From assembly GCA_965208575.1 (NCBI GenBank), contig CBDBOV010000003.1, positions 768,001 to 832,000 of the forward strand: a stretch of 64,000 nt of DNA, in the 5' to 3' direction. This stretch comes from Spirochaetia bacterium (GTDB lineage Bacteria; Spirochaetota; Spirochaetia; SZUA-6; Bin103). This document shows, one piece after another, positions 26,949-36,415 of the stretch (positions are counted from its first letter, which is position 1; the number at the start of each line of letters is the position of its first letter). The position numbers and the translations under genes were made by a program. The notes beneath the pieces were generated by a model. It ran no database searches. It saw only the letters and a program-made list of their open reading frames with translations, and had not been told where the DNA came from.

Positions 26949-28745
26949 ATGGCCTCGCCGGAGAGCACGCACTACCAGCTACCGCCGTTCCCGGCGATTC
27001 CCTATGGGCGCGCCTTCTTCAGGGGCATCCGGCTGGAAGGCTGCCTGTACGTCGACAAGACGCGATTCCTGCACCCGCTGGAGCAGGAGCGGTTCGTGTT
27101 CTTCATCCGCCCGCGGCGCTTCGGCAAGACCTGCTGGCTGTCGCTGCTGGAGAGCTACTACGACCGCAACCAGGCGGGCGACTTCGAGCGGGTATTCGGC
27201 GGCTTGGACATCTACCGGCAACCCACCCCGAACCGCGCCCGCTACGTGGTGGTGCGGTTCAACTTCTCCACCTTCGGCAGTGACCCGGCGAAGCTGGAAC
27301 GTGAGTTCGACGAGTACTGCCGGCGGCACGTGCGCGACGCCCTCGAGGACAATCCCGACCTGTTCCCCGATTCGGTGGCCCGCCGCATCCAGGCGCCATC
27401 GACCATCCATGGCCAGTTTGACGAGCTGTTCCTGCACGCCCGCCGGGAGGGGATTCCGCTCTACGTCCTGATCGACGAGTACGACAATTTCGCCAACACC
27501 ATCCTTGCCGGCGAGGGAGCGGAGGCGTACTACGCGTTCACCCACGGCGGCGGCTTCTACCGCAGCTTCTTCGCGGCGCTCAAGGCGGGCACCGAGAACG
27601 GCAGCGTGGAGCGGCTGTTCGTCACCGGGGTGTCGCCGGTGACCATGGACGACGTGACCAGCGGCTTCAACATCGGCGCCAACCTGAGCCTGCGGCCCGA
27701 GTTCAACGAGCTGCTCGGCTTCACCGAGGACGAGGTGCGGCGCCTGGTGGAGACGTACCGGGACCTGGGCGTATTCGACCAGGACGTCGAGACGGCGCTG
27801 GCCACCATGCGCGAGTGGTACAATGGCTACCGGTTCGCAAAGACGGCGCAGGGAATCGTCTACAACACCGACATGGTGCTTCATTACCTGAAGCACTCGG
27901 TGCCCAACAAACGCGGCCCCGACAACCTGATCGACAGCAACGTGCGCATCGACTACGGCAAGCTGCGTCACCTGCTGCTGACCGGACGGCAGTTGAACGG
28001 CAACTTCGACCTGCTGCGCCACGTGATCGCCGAAGGACGGGCGCACAGCGACATCGTGGAGAGCTTCCCACTGGCGCGGCTTACGGATCGAGAAAACTTC
28101 CTCTCGCTGCTGCACTACTTCGGCCTGCTGAGCATCCGCGACCTGGTCGCCGGCGTGCCGCGGCTGGGCATCCCCAACCAGACCGTGCGGCGGCTGACGT
28201 TCGGCTACCTGCGCGACGCCTACCGCGACGTGGGAGTGTTCTCGCTGGACCTTGTCGAGTTCGACCGGCTCACGCGGCGGATGGCGCTGGAGGGCGACTG
28301 GCGGCCGGCCGTGGAGCGGCTGTGCGACGCGGTGACCGAGCACACCGGTATCCGCGACTACATCCAGGGAGAGAAGATCCTGCAAGGGTTCCTGGCGGCC
28401 TACCTGAGCGCATCGGATTATTTCGTGCTGCACACCGAGCAGGAGTTGGCGAAGGGCTACGCGGACATCGTGCTGGTGCCGCTGGCGGCGCGCTATCCCG
28501 GCATGCGACACGGCTTCGTGATCGAGTTGACGTACCTGAGCCGCGTTCCCGAGACCGAGGCCCGGATGACGACGACGGCTGCCGAGGCGGTGTCGCAGTT
28601 GCGCCGATACCTGGCGGATGAACGGCTGGCGCGGCAGCACCCGGACGTGGAGTTCACGGGCGTGGCGCTGGTGTTCCGCGGCTGGGAGCTGGTGTACGGC
28701 GAAGAGGTGGCGGCCGCGGACTCCGACGGCGCGCAGGTAGGCTGA
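26949..28745 (+). CDS. AAA-ATPase-like domain plus C-terminal PD-(D/E)XK nuclease protein
   Basis: IPYG...YVDKT, RPRRFGKT (Walker A), LIDEYDNF (Walker B), WYNGYRF, EQELAKGYADIVL...VIELTY. Confidence 0.85.
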   Translation: MASPESTHYQLPPFPAIPYGRAFFRGIRLEGCLYVDKTRFLHPLEQERFVFFIRPRRFGKTCWLSLLESYYDRNQAGDFERVFGGLDIYRQPTPNRARYVVVRFNFSTFGSDPAKLEREFDEYCRRHVRDALEDNPDLFPDSVARRIQAPSTIHGQFDELFLHARREGIPLYVLIDEYDNFANTILAGEGAEAYYAFTHGGGFYRSFFAALKAGTENGSVERLFVTGVSPVTMDDVTSGFNIGANLSLRPEFNELLGFTEDEVRRLVETYRDLGVFDQDVETALATMREWYNGYRFAKTAQGIVYNTDMVLHYLKHSVPNKRGPDNLIDSNVRIDYGKLRHLLLTGRQLNGNFDLLRHVIAEGRAHSDIVESFPLARLTDRENFLSLLHYFGLLSIRDLVAGVPRLGIPNQTVRRLTFGYLRDAYRDVGVFSLDLVEFDRLTRRMALEGDWRPAVERLCDAVTEHTGIRDYIQGEKILQGFLAAYLSASDYFVLHTEQELAKGYADIVLVPLAARYPGMRHGFVIELTYLSRVPETEARMTTTAAEAVSQLRRYLADERLARQHPDVEFTGVALVFRGWELVYGEEVAAADSDGAQVG

Positions 28746-28750
28746 CCAGC

Positions 28751-29965
28751 ATGAGAATTGCCGACGTCGTTACGCATGCCGTGCAGCCGGCAGGGATTCC
28801 GCTGGTGGTGGCCAAGGTGGTGACCGATCAGCCGGGGCTGTACGGGTGGGGCTGCGGCACCTTCACGCAGCGCTTCCGGGCGGTGGAGGCGGCGATCGAG
28901 CGTCACCTGAAGCCGTTCGCGATCGGGCGCGACGCGGCGGCGATTGCCGACTTCTGGCACAGCGCCATGCACGACGGCTACTGGCGCAACGGGCCGGTGC
29001 TGAACAACGCGGTGAGCGCGGTGGAGATGGCGCTGTGGGACATCAAGGGCAAGGCGGCCGGGCTGCCCTGCTACCAGCTCTGGGGCGGGCGCAGCCGCGG
29101 CGCGGCGGCGGTGTACGTGCACGCCAACGGCAACGAGCCGGGCGAGGTGCTCGACCAGGCGCTGGCCTACTGGGAACGGGGCTTCCGCCACATCCGCTGC
29201 CAGCTCGGCGGCTACGTCGGGGTCGGCGGCGGGTCGGCCAGCAGCGCGGCCGGGACCTTCTCCAATGCCAGCGGGACCGGCTCCATCTTCTTCGATCCCG
29301 GCGAGAAGCTGCGCCGGGTGCCGGAGCTGTTCGAGAGGGTGCGCGCCGGCCTGCCGCCGGAGGCGGAGTTGCTGTACGACATCCACGAGCGGCTGGTGCC
29401 GGTCGACGCGCTGCGGTTGGCCAAGGCACTGGAGCCGTACCGGCTGTTCTTCCTGGAGGACGCGCTGGCGCCGGAGGATCTCGGCTACTTCCGCATGCTG
29501 CGTTCCCAATGCGCCGTGCCGCTGGCGATGGGCGAGCTGTTCGTCCATCCCCTGGAGGTGGAGCCGCTGGTCACCGGGCGGCTGATCGACTTCGTGCGCG
29601 TGCACGTGTCCACCTACGGCGGCATCACCGCAGCGCTCCGGCTCGCCAGCCTGTCCGCCGCATTCGGGGTGCGCACCGCCTGGCACGGCCCGCGCGACGT
29701 GTCGCCGGTCGGTATGGCCGCCAACGTGCACCTGGACCTGCACGTTCCCAACTTCGGCATCCAGGAGTGGTCGTTCCGCTCGCCGGCCGAGGAGGACCTG
29801 TTCCCCGGCATCCCCGAGGTGCACGCCGGTGCGGTGAACGTCAACGATCGCCCGGGCTGGGGCATCGAGATGGACGAACGCCTCGCCGCGCGCTTTCCCT
29901 GCGACGACCGTGCGAGCCTGCGCCCCGTACCTCGCCTCGCCGACGGCACCAGCCGACCGTTCTGA
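28751..29965 (+). CDS. Mandelate racemase/enolase superfamily acid-sugar dehydratase (RspA/ManD-like)
   Basis: GYWRNGPVLNNA, ALWDIKGK, YDIHERL, FFLED, MGELF, TAWHGP. Confidence 0.88.
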   Translation: MRIADVVTHAVQPAGIPLVVAKVVTDQPGLYGWGCGTFTQRFRAVEAAIERHLKPFAIGRDAAAIADFWHSAMHDGYWRNGPVLNNAVSAVEMALWDIKGKAAGLPCYQLWGGRSRGAAAVYVHANGNEPGEVLDQALAYWERGFRHIRCQLGGYVGVGGGSASSAAGTFSNASGTGSIFFDPGEKLRRVPELFERVRAGLPPEAELLYDIHERLVPVDALRLAKALEPYRLFFLEDALAPEDLGYFRMLRSQCAVPLAMGELFVHPLEVEPLVTGRLIDFVRVHVSTYGGITAALRLASLSAAFGVRTAWHGPRDVSPVGMAANVHLDLHVPNFGIQEWSFRSPAEEDLFPGIPEVHAGAVNVNDRPGWGIEMDERLAARFPCDDRASLRPVPRLADGTSRPF

Positions 29966-30046
29966 TTGACGCCCGGGGCTTCCCGGCTTGCACGCAGCGT
30001 CCGCACCCGACGAACGGGTGCACGAGCGGCGCGCGTACCGGTGCGG

Positions 30047-30910
30047 TCATCCGGCGCGCAGGCGTGCCGCCGCCGGGGACCTCGTGATTGCAGGGGCTGT
30101 CGGGAGCGCGAATCCGGAACCTGCTCCATCAACGCGGCGCAGATTTCTGCCGTACGCGGCCGCCAGGGGTTCGGGAGCCAGCACTTCGTCCGGCGTGCCG
30201 GCGGCGACGACCCGCCGGTGGAGCAGCAGCACCCGGCCGAGGTGCTCGGCGACGCCCAGGTCGTGGGTGGCCACCATGACGGCGATCGGTTCCCTGATCG
30301 AGTCGAGCGTGTCGGACAGCATGCGGCTGGCGTCGGCATCGAGGCCGGCGTACGGCTCGTCGAGCAGCATGATCTCCGCCTCCTGCGCCAGCGCGCGGGC
30401 GATGAACACGCGGCGTCGCTGGCCGCCGGAGAGTTCGCCGATCTGGCGGTGGCGCAGGTCGGCGATTGCCACCTGTTCCATGGCGTCGGCGACGATGGCG
30501 CGGTCTCTGCGCCGCGGATAGCGCAAATAGCCGACCCGCGCGATGCGGCCCATCGCCACCACATCCTCGACGGTGGCCGGGAACCGCCAGTTGATGTCCG
30601 CGTGCTGCTCGATGTAGGCGATGCAGACGTGACGATCGGGATCGCTGCCGTAGAAGCGAACCGTACCGGCGGACGGGGAATGCGTGCCGGCAATCACCTT
30701 GAACATGGTGCTCTTGCCGGCGCCGTTGGGACCGACCACGGCGATGCGTTCGCCGGCGCCGAGGCGCAGCGACACGTTCTCCAGGGCGCACCGCCCGCCG
30801 TAGTGGGCCCACACCCCGTGCAGGTCGAGCATGGCGCTCCCGTCGGCAGGGGCCCGCTCACAACAGTCGTGGCTGCGCACGGCGTGCGCCAGCCTCGGCC
30901 TAGGAGCCAA
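30047..30910 (-). CDS. Metal (Zn/Mn) ABC transporter ATP-binding protein
   Basis: GPNGAGKST, WRFPATVEDVV, LSGGQRRRVFIARAL, LLDEP, THDL; start uncertain (30832-30910). Confidence 0.88.
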   Translation of the reverse strand: MAPRPRLAHAVRSHDCCERAPADGSAMLDLHGVWAHYGGRCALENVSLRLGAGERIAVVGPNGAGKSTMFKVIAGTHSPSAGTVRFYGSDPDRHVCIAYIEQHADINWRFPATVEDVVAMGRIARVGYLRYPRRRDRAIVADAMEQVAIADLRHRQIGELSGGQRRRVFIARALAQEAEIMLLDEPYAGLDADASRMLSDTLDSIREPIAVMVATHDLGVAEHLGRVLLLHRRVVAAGTPDEVLAPEPLAAAYGRNLRRVDGAGSGFALPTAPAITRSPAAARLRAG

Positions 30911-32048
30911 GTGCGGCCACGATCCGTTCCACGTTGGTGCGCATGAAGCGGTCGTAGGTGTCCGCGGGTCCGCCGGCTTCGCTCAGCGACCCGGTGTAGA
31001 TCGGCACGACGGCGATTCCCAGGTCGGAGGCAATCGACTCCGCCACCTGCGGATTCACCGTGGTGCCGACGAAGATCGCCGGGATCGCGCGCTCTGCGAG
31101 CAGTTCGCGCAGCTCCGCGAGATGGCGTGCCGACGGCTCGGCCACGGTACTGAAACCCGGCACGACCGAGTCCAGCAGCTCGAAGCCGTAGCGTTGTGCG
31201 AAGTACCCCATCACGTCGTGGTCGGTGACGATCACCCGGTGGTGGCGCGGTACGACCGCTACCTGGTCCTTGATCCACGCGTCGAGCGTGTCCAGCTCTG
31301 CCGCAAGCTCATCCGCGCGGGCGGCATAGTCGGCCTCGTGCGCGGGGTCGATCCCGGCCAGCACTTCGGCAATCTCGTCGGCCCAGCGGGCAACCAGGGT
31401 CGGATCCATCCACACGTGCGGGTCGAACTCGCCGTGGTGGTGGGCATGCCCCTCGTGCTCGTCCTCGTGTTCGTCGTGCTCGTCCTCGTCGTGGTCGTGT
31501 TCATCCTCGTCGTGGTCGTGCTCGTCCTCGTCGTGTTCGTCGTGTTCGTCCTCGTCGTGGTCGTCGTGTTCGTCCTCGTCGTGGTCGTGCTCGTCCTCGT
31601 CGTGGTCGTGCTCGTCCTCGTCGTGTTCGTCGTGGTCGTCATGTGCCTCGCCCAGGCGCATGAGTGGCAAGTGGGCGGTCAAGTCGACCACCATGCGGGG
31701 CTCCGCGCTGCTGATCAGGTCGCCGAGGAACTCGGCCTCCAGACCTGCGCCGTTGGTGAACAACACCGCGGCGTCGGCGAGCAGGTGCGCATCCCGCGGA
31801 GTCGGTTGGAACGTATGCGGGTCGGCCCCTGGCGGCATGAGCACGGAGAGCGAGATCAGGTCGCCGCCGACACGGCCAACGATGTCGCCGACGATGTTGG
31901 TGGTGGCGACCACCAGGACCCGGTCACCCGCCGGGTGTTCCCCCGCCGGCGAGGCGAACAGCACCGGCACGGCGGCCAGCGCGAGCAGTACGGCGCCGAT
32001 CGAAGTGGCCCACGCGCGACCAATAGAGAGCTTCGGGGAGGTATGCAT
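30900..32048 (-). CDS. Zn/Mn ABC transporter substrate-binding protein (ZnuA/TroA family) with a long His/Asp/Glu loop
   Basis: Signal peptide; DPHTFQPTP, DPHVWMDP, TDHDVMGYFA and EPSA metal-ligand motifs. Confidence 0.92.
   Translation of the reverse strand: MHTSPKLSIGRAWATSIGAVLLALAAVPVLFASPAGEHPAGDRVLVVATTNIVGDIVGRVGGDLISLSVLMPPGADPHTFQPTPRDAHLLADAAVLFTNGAGLEAEFLGDLISSAEPRMVVDLTAHLPLMRLGEAHDDHDEHDEDEHDHDEDEHDHDEDEHDDHDEDEHDEHDEDEHDHDEDEHDHDEDEHDEHEDEHEGHAHHHGEFDPHVWMDPTLVARWADEIAEVLAGIDPAHEADYAARADELAAELDTLDAWIKDQVAVVPRHHRVIVTDHDVMGYFAQRYGFELLDSVVPGFSTVAEPSARHLAELRELLAERAIPAIFVGTTVNPQVAESIASDLGIAVVPIYTGSLSEAGGPADTYDRFMRTNVERIVAALGS
31434..31643 (-). repeat. Coding tandem repeat (HDEDE/HD)n inside the metal-binding protein
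   Basis: Degenerate 21-24 bp units (tcgtcctcgtcgtggtcgtg) encoding ~70 aa with about 20 His. Confidence 0.9.
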
Positions 32049-32054
32049 GGCCGC

Positions 32055-32084
32055 AGTATAATGATATCGCTCTCGCAATACCAA
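32055..32084 (-). promoter_or_regulatory. Promoter with Fur/Zur-like box upstream of the znuA-like gene
   Basis: Minus strand TTGGTA-18-TATACT-6 nt-ATG; ATTGCGAGAGCGATATCATT resembles a Fur-family operator and overlaps the spacer. Confidence 0.45.
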
Positions 32085-32280
32085 CAAATGGCCGAGTCCC
32101 GAGTGCCGAGTCGCACAACCTGGTCGGCCGCCCGGAGCTGGCTTCCGTGGCCGCCGACGTGCGCGCGCGCTGCCGGCATCGGCGTGCTCCGGCCCGCAAC
32201 GGACGCGCCTCTTCTGCCGCTCGAGTCGCGCCGTGGCGGGAGGCTTCCTCTTGCCGCCCTTTTACGGCACCATGCTGCGG

Positions 32281-33084
32281 ATGGGAGACAGACTGAGCGG
32301 CAAGGTCGCGATCATCACCGGCGGCAACAGCGGCATCGGCGAGGGCATTGGGCGGGCATTTGCCGCCGAGGGTGCGAAGGTGATCCTGATGGCGCGCCGC
32401 GAACAGCAGGGGCGTGCGGTAGCGGCGCGCATTCAGGACGACGGCGGCAGCGCCGCGTTCATCGCCTGCGACGTGTCTGAGGTGGCCTCCGTCGAGGCCG
32501 CCGTGGCCGCGGCCGCAAAGACCTGGGGCGCCGTCGACGTCCTTGTCAACAACGCCGGCGGCGGCGGTGGCGGCACGTTCCCCGATGAGTCGACCGAGCA
32601 GTTCAGTCGCGTCGTTCACCTGAACCTGATGGGCACCTTCTACATGAGCCGCGCGGTCTGGCCACACCTCATCAGTGCCGGCGGCGGCGCGGTGGTCAAC
32701 ATGTCATCGCTCGCCGCGCAGCGCGGGTTCAGCCCCAAGATGCTGGACGAGTTCGGAGTGGCCTCCGCCTCCTACTACGCCGCCAAGGCGGGCGTCGATG
32801 CGCTCACCCGCTTCATGGCCGGTGTCGGCGGCAAGCACAACATCCGCGTCAACGGCATCCGTCCCGGCCAGATAATGACTCCCGGCGCCACCCGCGGCAC
32901 CATCAACGACGCCGACGGCGGCCACCACGTGTTCGAGTCGATGTTCGACTTCGCGCAGATCGTGAAGGGGCCCGGCTATCCCGAGGACGTGGCCAACCTC
33001 GCCCTGTTCCTGGCCTGCGAGGAGTCGCGCTTCATCAACGGCGAAACCATCAATGTCGACGGGGGAGTGGCGGCCAAGCTCTGA
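32281..33084 (+). CDS. Short-chain dehydrogenase/reductase
   Basis: TGGNSGIG, LVNNAG, YYAAK, VDGG. Confidence 0.9.
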   Translation: MGDRLSGKVAIITGGNSGIGEGIGRAFAAEGAKVILMARREQQGRAVAARIQDDGGSAAFIACDVSEVASVEAAVAAAAKTWGAVDVLVNNAGGGGGGTFPDESTEQFSRVVHLNLMGTFYMSRAVWPHLISAGGGAVVNMSSLAAQRGFSPKMLDEFGVASASYYAAKAGVDALTRFMAGVGGKHNIRVNGIRPGQIMTPGATRGTINDADGGHHVFESMFDFAQIVKGPGYPEDVANLALFLACEESRFINGETINVDGGVAAKL

Positions 33085-33290
33085 CCACCGCGCACGTTGG
33101 CGGCAGCGCTACGACCGTCGCGATGCGCGCGGTACAGTGCCCAAGGCGGCGCTGCGCGGGTACACTGCCGCTCGCAGAGCGGTCGCCCCGCGACCCGGAC
33201 ACCGAGAACATGAACGCGGCGCTGCGCAGGCATCGCCCGCCGGTCGCGGGTCGCGGCCCGCGCACCGGCGCACCGGCGCAAGGAGGAACA

Positions 33291-34118
33291 GTGGCCAAGA
33301 CGCGAGTGCTGGTAACCGGATTGAGCGGCGTGGTGGGGCAGGCGATGCAGGCCGAGCTCGCCGACCGCTACGAGCTCTCGTCGCTGTCGCGCTACGGCGC
33401 CGAGGGGCTGGACGACGCGCACAACCTGCGCGGCAACATCACCGACCCCGATGCGCTGACCGCGGCGTTCCGGGACCAGGAGGTGGTGGTGCACCTGGCC
33501 GCCGACCGCAGCATGAAGGCGCCGTTCGAGTCCACCGTCGACTACAACATCAAGGCACTCTACAACGTGTACGAGGCGGCGCGGCGATGCGGTGTGCGGC
33601 GCATCGTGTTCGGCAGTTCGCAGCACACGGTGGGCGGCTTCTACCGCGATCCTCCCTACTGCCACATCTTCGCCGGCGAGTTCGAGCGCGTGCGGCGTCC
33701 GTATGCGCTGCTCGACGAGACCGCGCCGATCCGCCCGTCCGGCTACTACGGCATGTCGAAGGCGTACGGCGAGGCGATGGGCCACTACTACCACGACATC
33801 CACGGCATCTCCACAATCGCCATCAGGATCGGCTTCACGCTGTCCAACAACGTGCCCACCTTCGACGGTTCGGCGCTCTCCCTGTGGCTCAGTCACCGCG
33901 ATACCGCCCAGATCCACGTGCGCGCCATCGACGCTCCGCCGGAGGTGGGCTTCACGGTGGTGTTCGCCACCTCCGACAACTACTGGAAGATCTTCTCGCT
34001 CGACAAGGCGCGCGAGGTGCTCGGCTACCGGCCGCAGGATGACGCCGGCCCGGACCTCGACCCCGACGCGAAGCAACTCGAACGCGACTTCACCGAGTTC
34101 AAGGCCCACCCCGAGTAG
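33291..34118 (+). CDS. NAD-dependent epimerase/dehydratase (uronate dehydrogenase-like)
   Basis: GTG after AAGGAGG; VLVTGLSGVVG, VHLAA, YYGMSKAYGE, IRIG, WLSHRD. Confidence 0.85.
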   Translation: MAKTRVLVTGLSGVVGQAMQAELADRYELSSLSRYGAEGLDDAHNLRGNITDPDALTAAFRDQEVVVHLAADRSMKAPFESTVDYNIKALYNVYEAARRCGVRRIVFGSSQHTVGGFYRDPPYCHIFAGEFERVRRPYALLDETAPIRPSGYYGMSKAYGEAMGHYYHDIHGISTIAIRIGFTLSNNVPTFDGSALSLWLSHRDTAQIHVRAIDAPPEVGFTVVFATSDNYWKIFSLDKAREVLGYRPQDDAGPDLDPDAKQLERDFTEFKAHPE

Positions 34119-34169
34119 CAGCCCACGGGCTGCTTACGTGCGCGCAGCCGGGGTAAGCGGCGCGGAAGG

Positions 34170-36047
34170 TCAGCCTCCGGCGCTGCCGTCGAAGTAGGCG
34201 AGGGCGCGCCGGAACGCGTCCTTGCCGATGCGCGAGCCGATGCGCCGGCCGGGCAGGTCGTCCATGCGCGGGTGGATGCCGCCGTACAGGCGCGAGATGC
34301 CGGCCTCGTCGGAGGCGTCGTAGTAGGTGGCCCACTGCAGCACGACGGTCTCGCTCGGCCCTTCCTCGAACACCAGGAACTCGTTCTTCTCCGCCACGTA
34401 CTCGCCGAGCCCGCCCGGGAAGTACTCGCTGCCGGTGAAGTGCGCCATCACCTCCGCGGCCGCGCGGCTGAACGTGCTGTGCCCGGAGATGTAGCCGGCA
34501 AACGGCGGCGTCACGAAGGTGTCGCGCTGGTAGGGCACCCAGTCGACGCCGAGGATCCAGTCCACGCCGGTGTACTCGGTGTCCTGCTCCGGCGTGCCGA
34601 GCCAGGAGTACACCGCGATCTCGCCGACGTGCTCGGCCAGGTGGGCGTGGCGTTCGCCCGGCGCCGCGCTGTCGGCGGTGATCAGCTCGGCGATCCCCGG
34701 TTGCAGCGGCAGGCCGTGCTCGTGGTAGGAGGGCAGGCCGGGGTCGGAGGACTGCCCCAGGCTCGCCATGTAGCGGATGGCGGTGATCGGGCGCACGTAG
34801 TCGTAGTGGCCCTTCAGTCCCCAGGCGCATACCGCGGCGTCATGCGTCGCCCCGTTCAGCGCCAGGTACAGCTTCACGTCCCACTCCAGCGGATCGAGAA
34901 TCGGCCCCTCGCCCTGCAGGCGGCGCTCGGTCCCGGAATGGTCGGTGACGTAGTTGGCCAGCGAGTTCCAGTGCCCCGGCGGCGTCTCCGAGTCGGGGCC
35001 GTCGGCCCAGAACTCGGCGATCACCCGCGACCAGTCGCCGCGCTTCACCAGGTTGGGCGCGTACGGCTGTCCGGTGACCGGGTTCACGTCGTAGCCGCTG
35101 CCGTCGTTGGCGCCCAGGCTGTTGTTGCCGAACGAGAGCGGCGAGATGTCGATCATCACGCCGTCGTCGGGATCGAGCGTGGCGGCGTAGCGCAGCACCT
35201 CGGCGAAGCCGTCCTGGTACTCGTCACTGCCGGCGCCGCCGAGGTAGGGCGGCGGGCCCGGGTCGTGGAACACGCCGTCGCTCGACATGGTCTCGGAGCC
35301 CGGCAGGGGCAGCGAGAACGGCGCCACCATGCCCCAGTGCGAGCCGATGAAGCGCTGCACCCGGCCCGGCTGCACGCGCCCCGCCTGGTCCACGAACAGG
35401 CGCAGCGACAGCGGCTGCCAGCGGTTCGGATCGAGCAGCTCGCCGACGCCGGAGTTGGCCACTACCATCGGCGGGTTGGCCGACCGGTAGTCGAACTCGA
35501 ACGCGTAGGAGCCGAGTTCGTCGGCGCCGTCGTCGTAGCCATGGTCCAGGATCAGCTTGGCGATGCGGTTACCGATCGCGGCCGGGTGGTCGCCCTCGCG
35601 GTCGGTCATGCGGTAGTCGTAGCCGAGCTCGATCAGCAGGTCGTCGAAGCTCGGCAGCGACTCGTAGGCGCCCGGCGAGATCTGGTAGCGGCGGTACAGC
35701 ACCCGGTAGGCGGCGTAGCTGATCGCCTCGTGGCGCGCGGCATCGACGTCGTCGGCGTGGTGGCGCTCCTTGAGGAATATCGGCTCGGCGACGTCGTCGT
35801 ACACTGCCCAGGCATCCCACATCGCAGCCGACACGTGGTACAGGTTGCGCGCGTGCAGCGGCGGGCGCGCGAAGTCGTTGCGGATCGCCTTCAGCATCAC
35901 CTCGTTCCACAGCCGCGCCACTGAGTGCGGCTCCGCCTCCGCGCCGGCGGCCACCGCCGCGGCGCCGATGATGGCGCAGGCCGCCAGCCGCCGCAGCCAC
36001 GCCGGCAGGCCGCGCGTGCGACCGTCACCCGCTGTTGTAGTATCCAT
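34170..36047 (-). CDS. Vanadium-dependent haloperoxidase/PAP2-superfamily protein, secreted
   Basis: Signal peptide, SVARLWNE, KGHYDYVRP, PPFAGYISGHS and SRLYGGIH vanadate-binding motifs. Confidence 0.82.
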   Translation of the reverse strand: MDTTTAGDGRTRGLPAWLRRLAACAIIGAAAVAAGAEAEPHSVARLWNEVMLKAIRNDFARPPLHARNLYHVSAAMWDAWAVYDDVAEPIFLKERHHADDVDAARHEAISYAAYRVLYRRYQISPGAYESLPSFDDLLIELGYDYRMTDREGDHPAAIGNRIAKLILDHGYDDGADELGSYAFEFDYRSANPPMVVANSGVGELLDPNRWQPLSLRLFVDQAGRVQPGRVQRFIGSHWGMVAPFSLPLPGSETMSSDGVFHDPGPPPYLGGAGSDEYQDGFAEVLRYAATLDPDDGVMIDISPLSFGNNSLGANDGSGYDVNPVTGQPYAPNLVKRGDWSRVIAEFWADGPDSETPPGHWNSLANYVTDHSGTERRLQGEGPILDPLEWDVKLYLALNGATHDAAVCAWGLKGHYDYVRPITAIRYMASLGQSSDPGLPSYHEHGLPLQPGIAELITADSAAPGERHAHLAEHVGEIAVYSWLGTPEQDTEYTGVDWILGVDWVPYQRDTFVTPPFAGYISGHSTFSRAAAEVMAHFTGSEYFPGGLGEYVAEKNEFLVFEEGPSETVVLQWATYYDASDEAGISRLYGGIHPRMDDLPGRRIGSRIGKDAFRRALAYFDGSAGG

Positions 36048-36122
36048 AGGAATTGCCAAGGTGCCAACGCTCTCGGTGCGTTGTCAATATCGGCGCCGAC
36101 GTGTTGGTGTGAGTCATGCGAA

Positions 36123-36138
36123 GTGCTACAAGTAGCAC
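36123..36138. promoter_or_regulatory. Palindromic operator of the vapBC-like operon
   Basis: Perfect GTGCTAC-AA-GTAGCAC ending 1 nt before the antitoxin ATG. Confidence 0.65.
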
Positions 36139-36139
36139 C

Positions 36140-36415
36140 ATGGATGCGATCGGAATCCGGGAGTTGAGGCAGCGCGCGAGCGCATACCTGCGGCGGGTAG
36201 CGGCGGGCGAGACGTTCGAGGTGACCGACCGCGGGCTTCCGGTAGCGCTCCTTACCCCGATTCCCGACCGGATGCCGCTCGATCAGCTGCGTGCCGCGGG
36301 CGACCTCGAGGAAGCGGCCGGGTCGACGGATGAGCTGCCGGAGCCGGTCGATCCCGATCCGGGCACGGAACCACCCTCGGTGCGCCTTGCGCGTCTGCGC
36401 CGCGATGAACGCTGA
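36140..36415 (+). CDS. Phd/YefM-family antitoxin
   Basis: MDAIGIRELRQRASAYLRRVAAGETFEVTDRGLPVALLTP. Confidence 0.88.
   Translation: MDAIGIRELRQRASAYLRRVAAGETFEVTDRGLPVALLTPIPDRMPLDQLRAAGDLEEAAGSTDELPEPVDPDPGTEPPSVRLARLRRDER

Noticed and set aside
31259-31642. Thr-rich mucin-like ORF
   Set aside because: Alternate-frame reading of the His/Asp/Glu repeat in the metal-binding protein.
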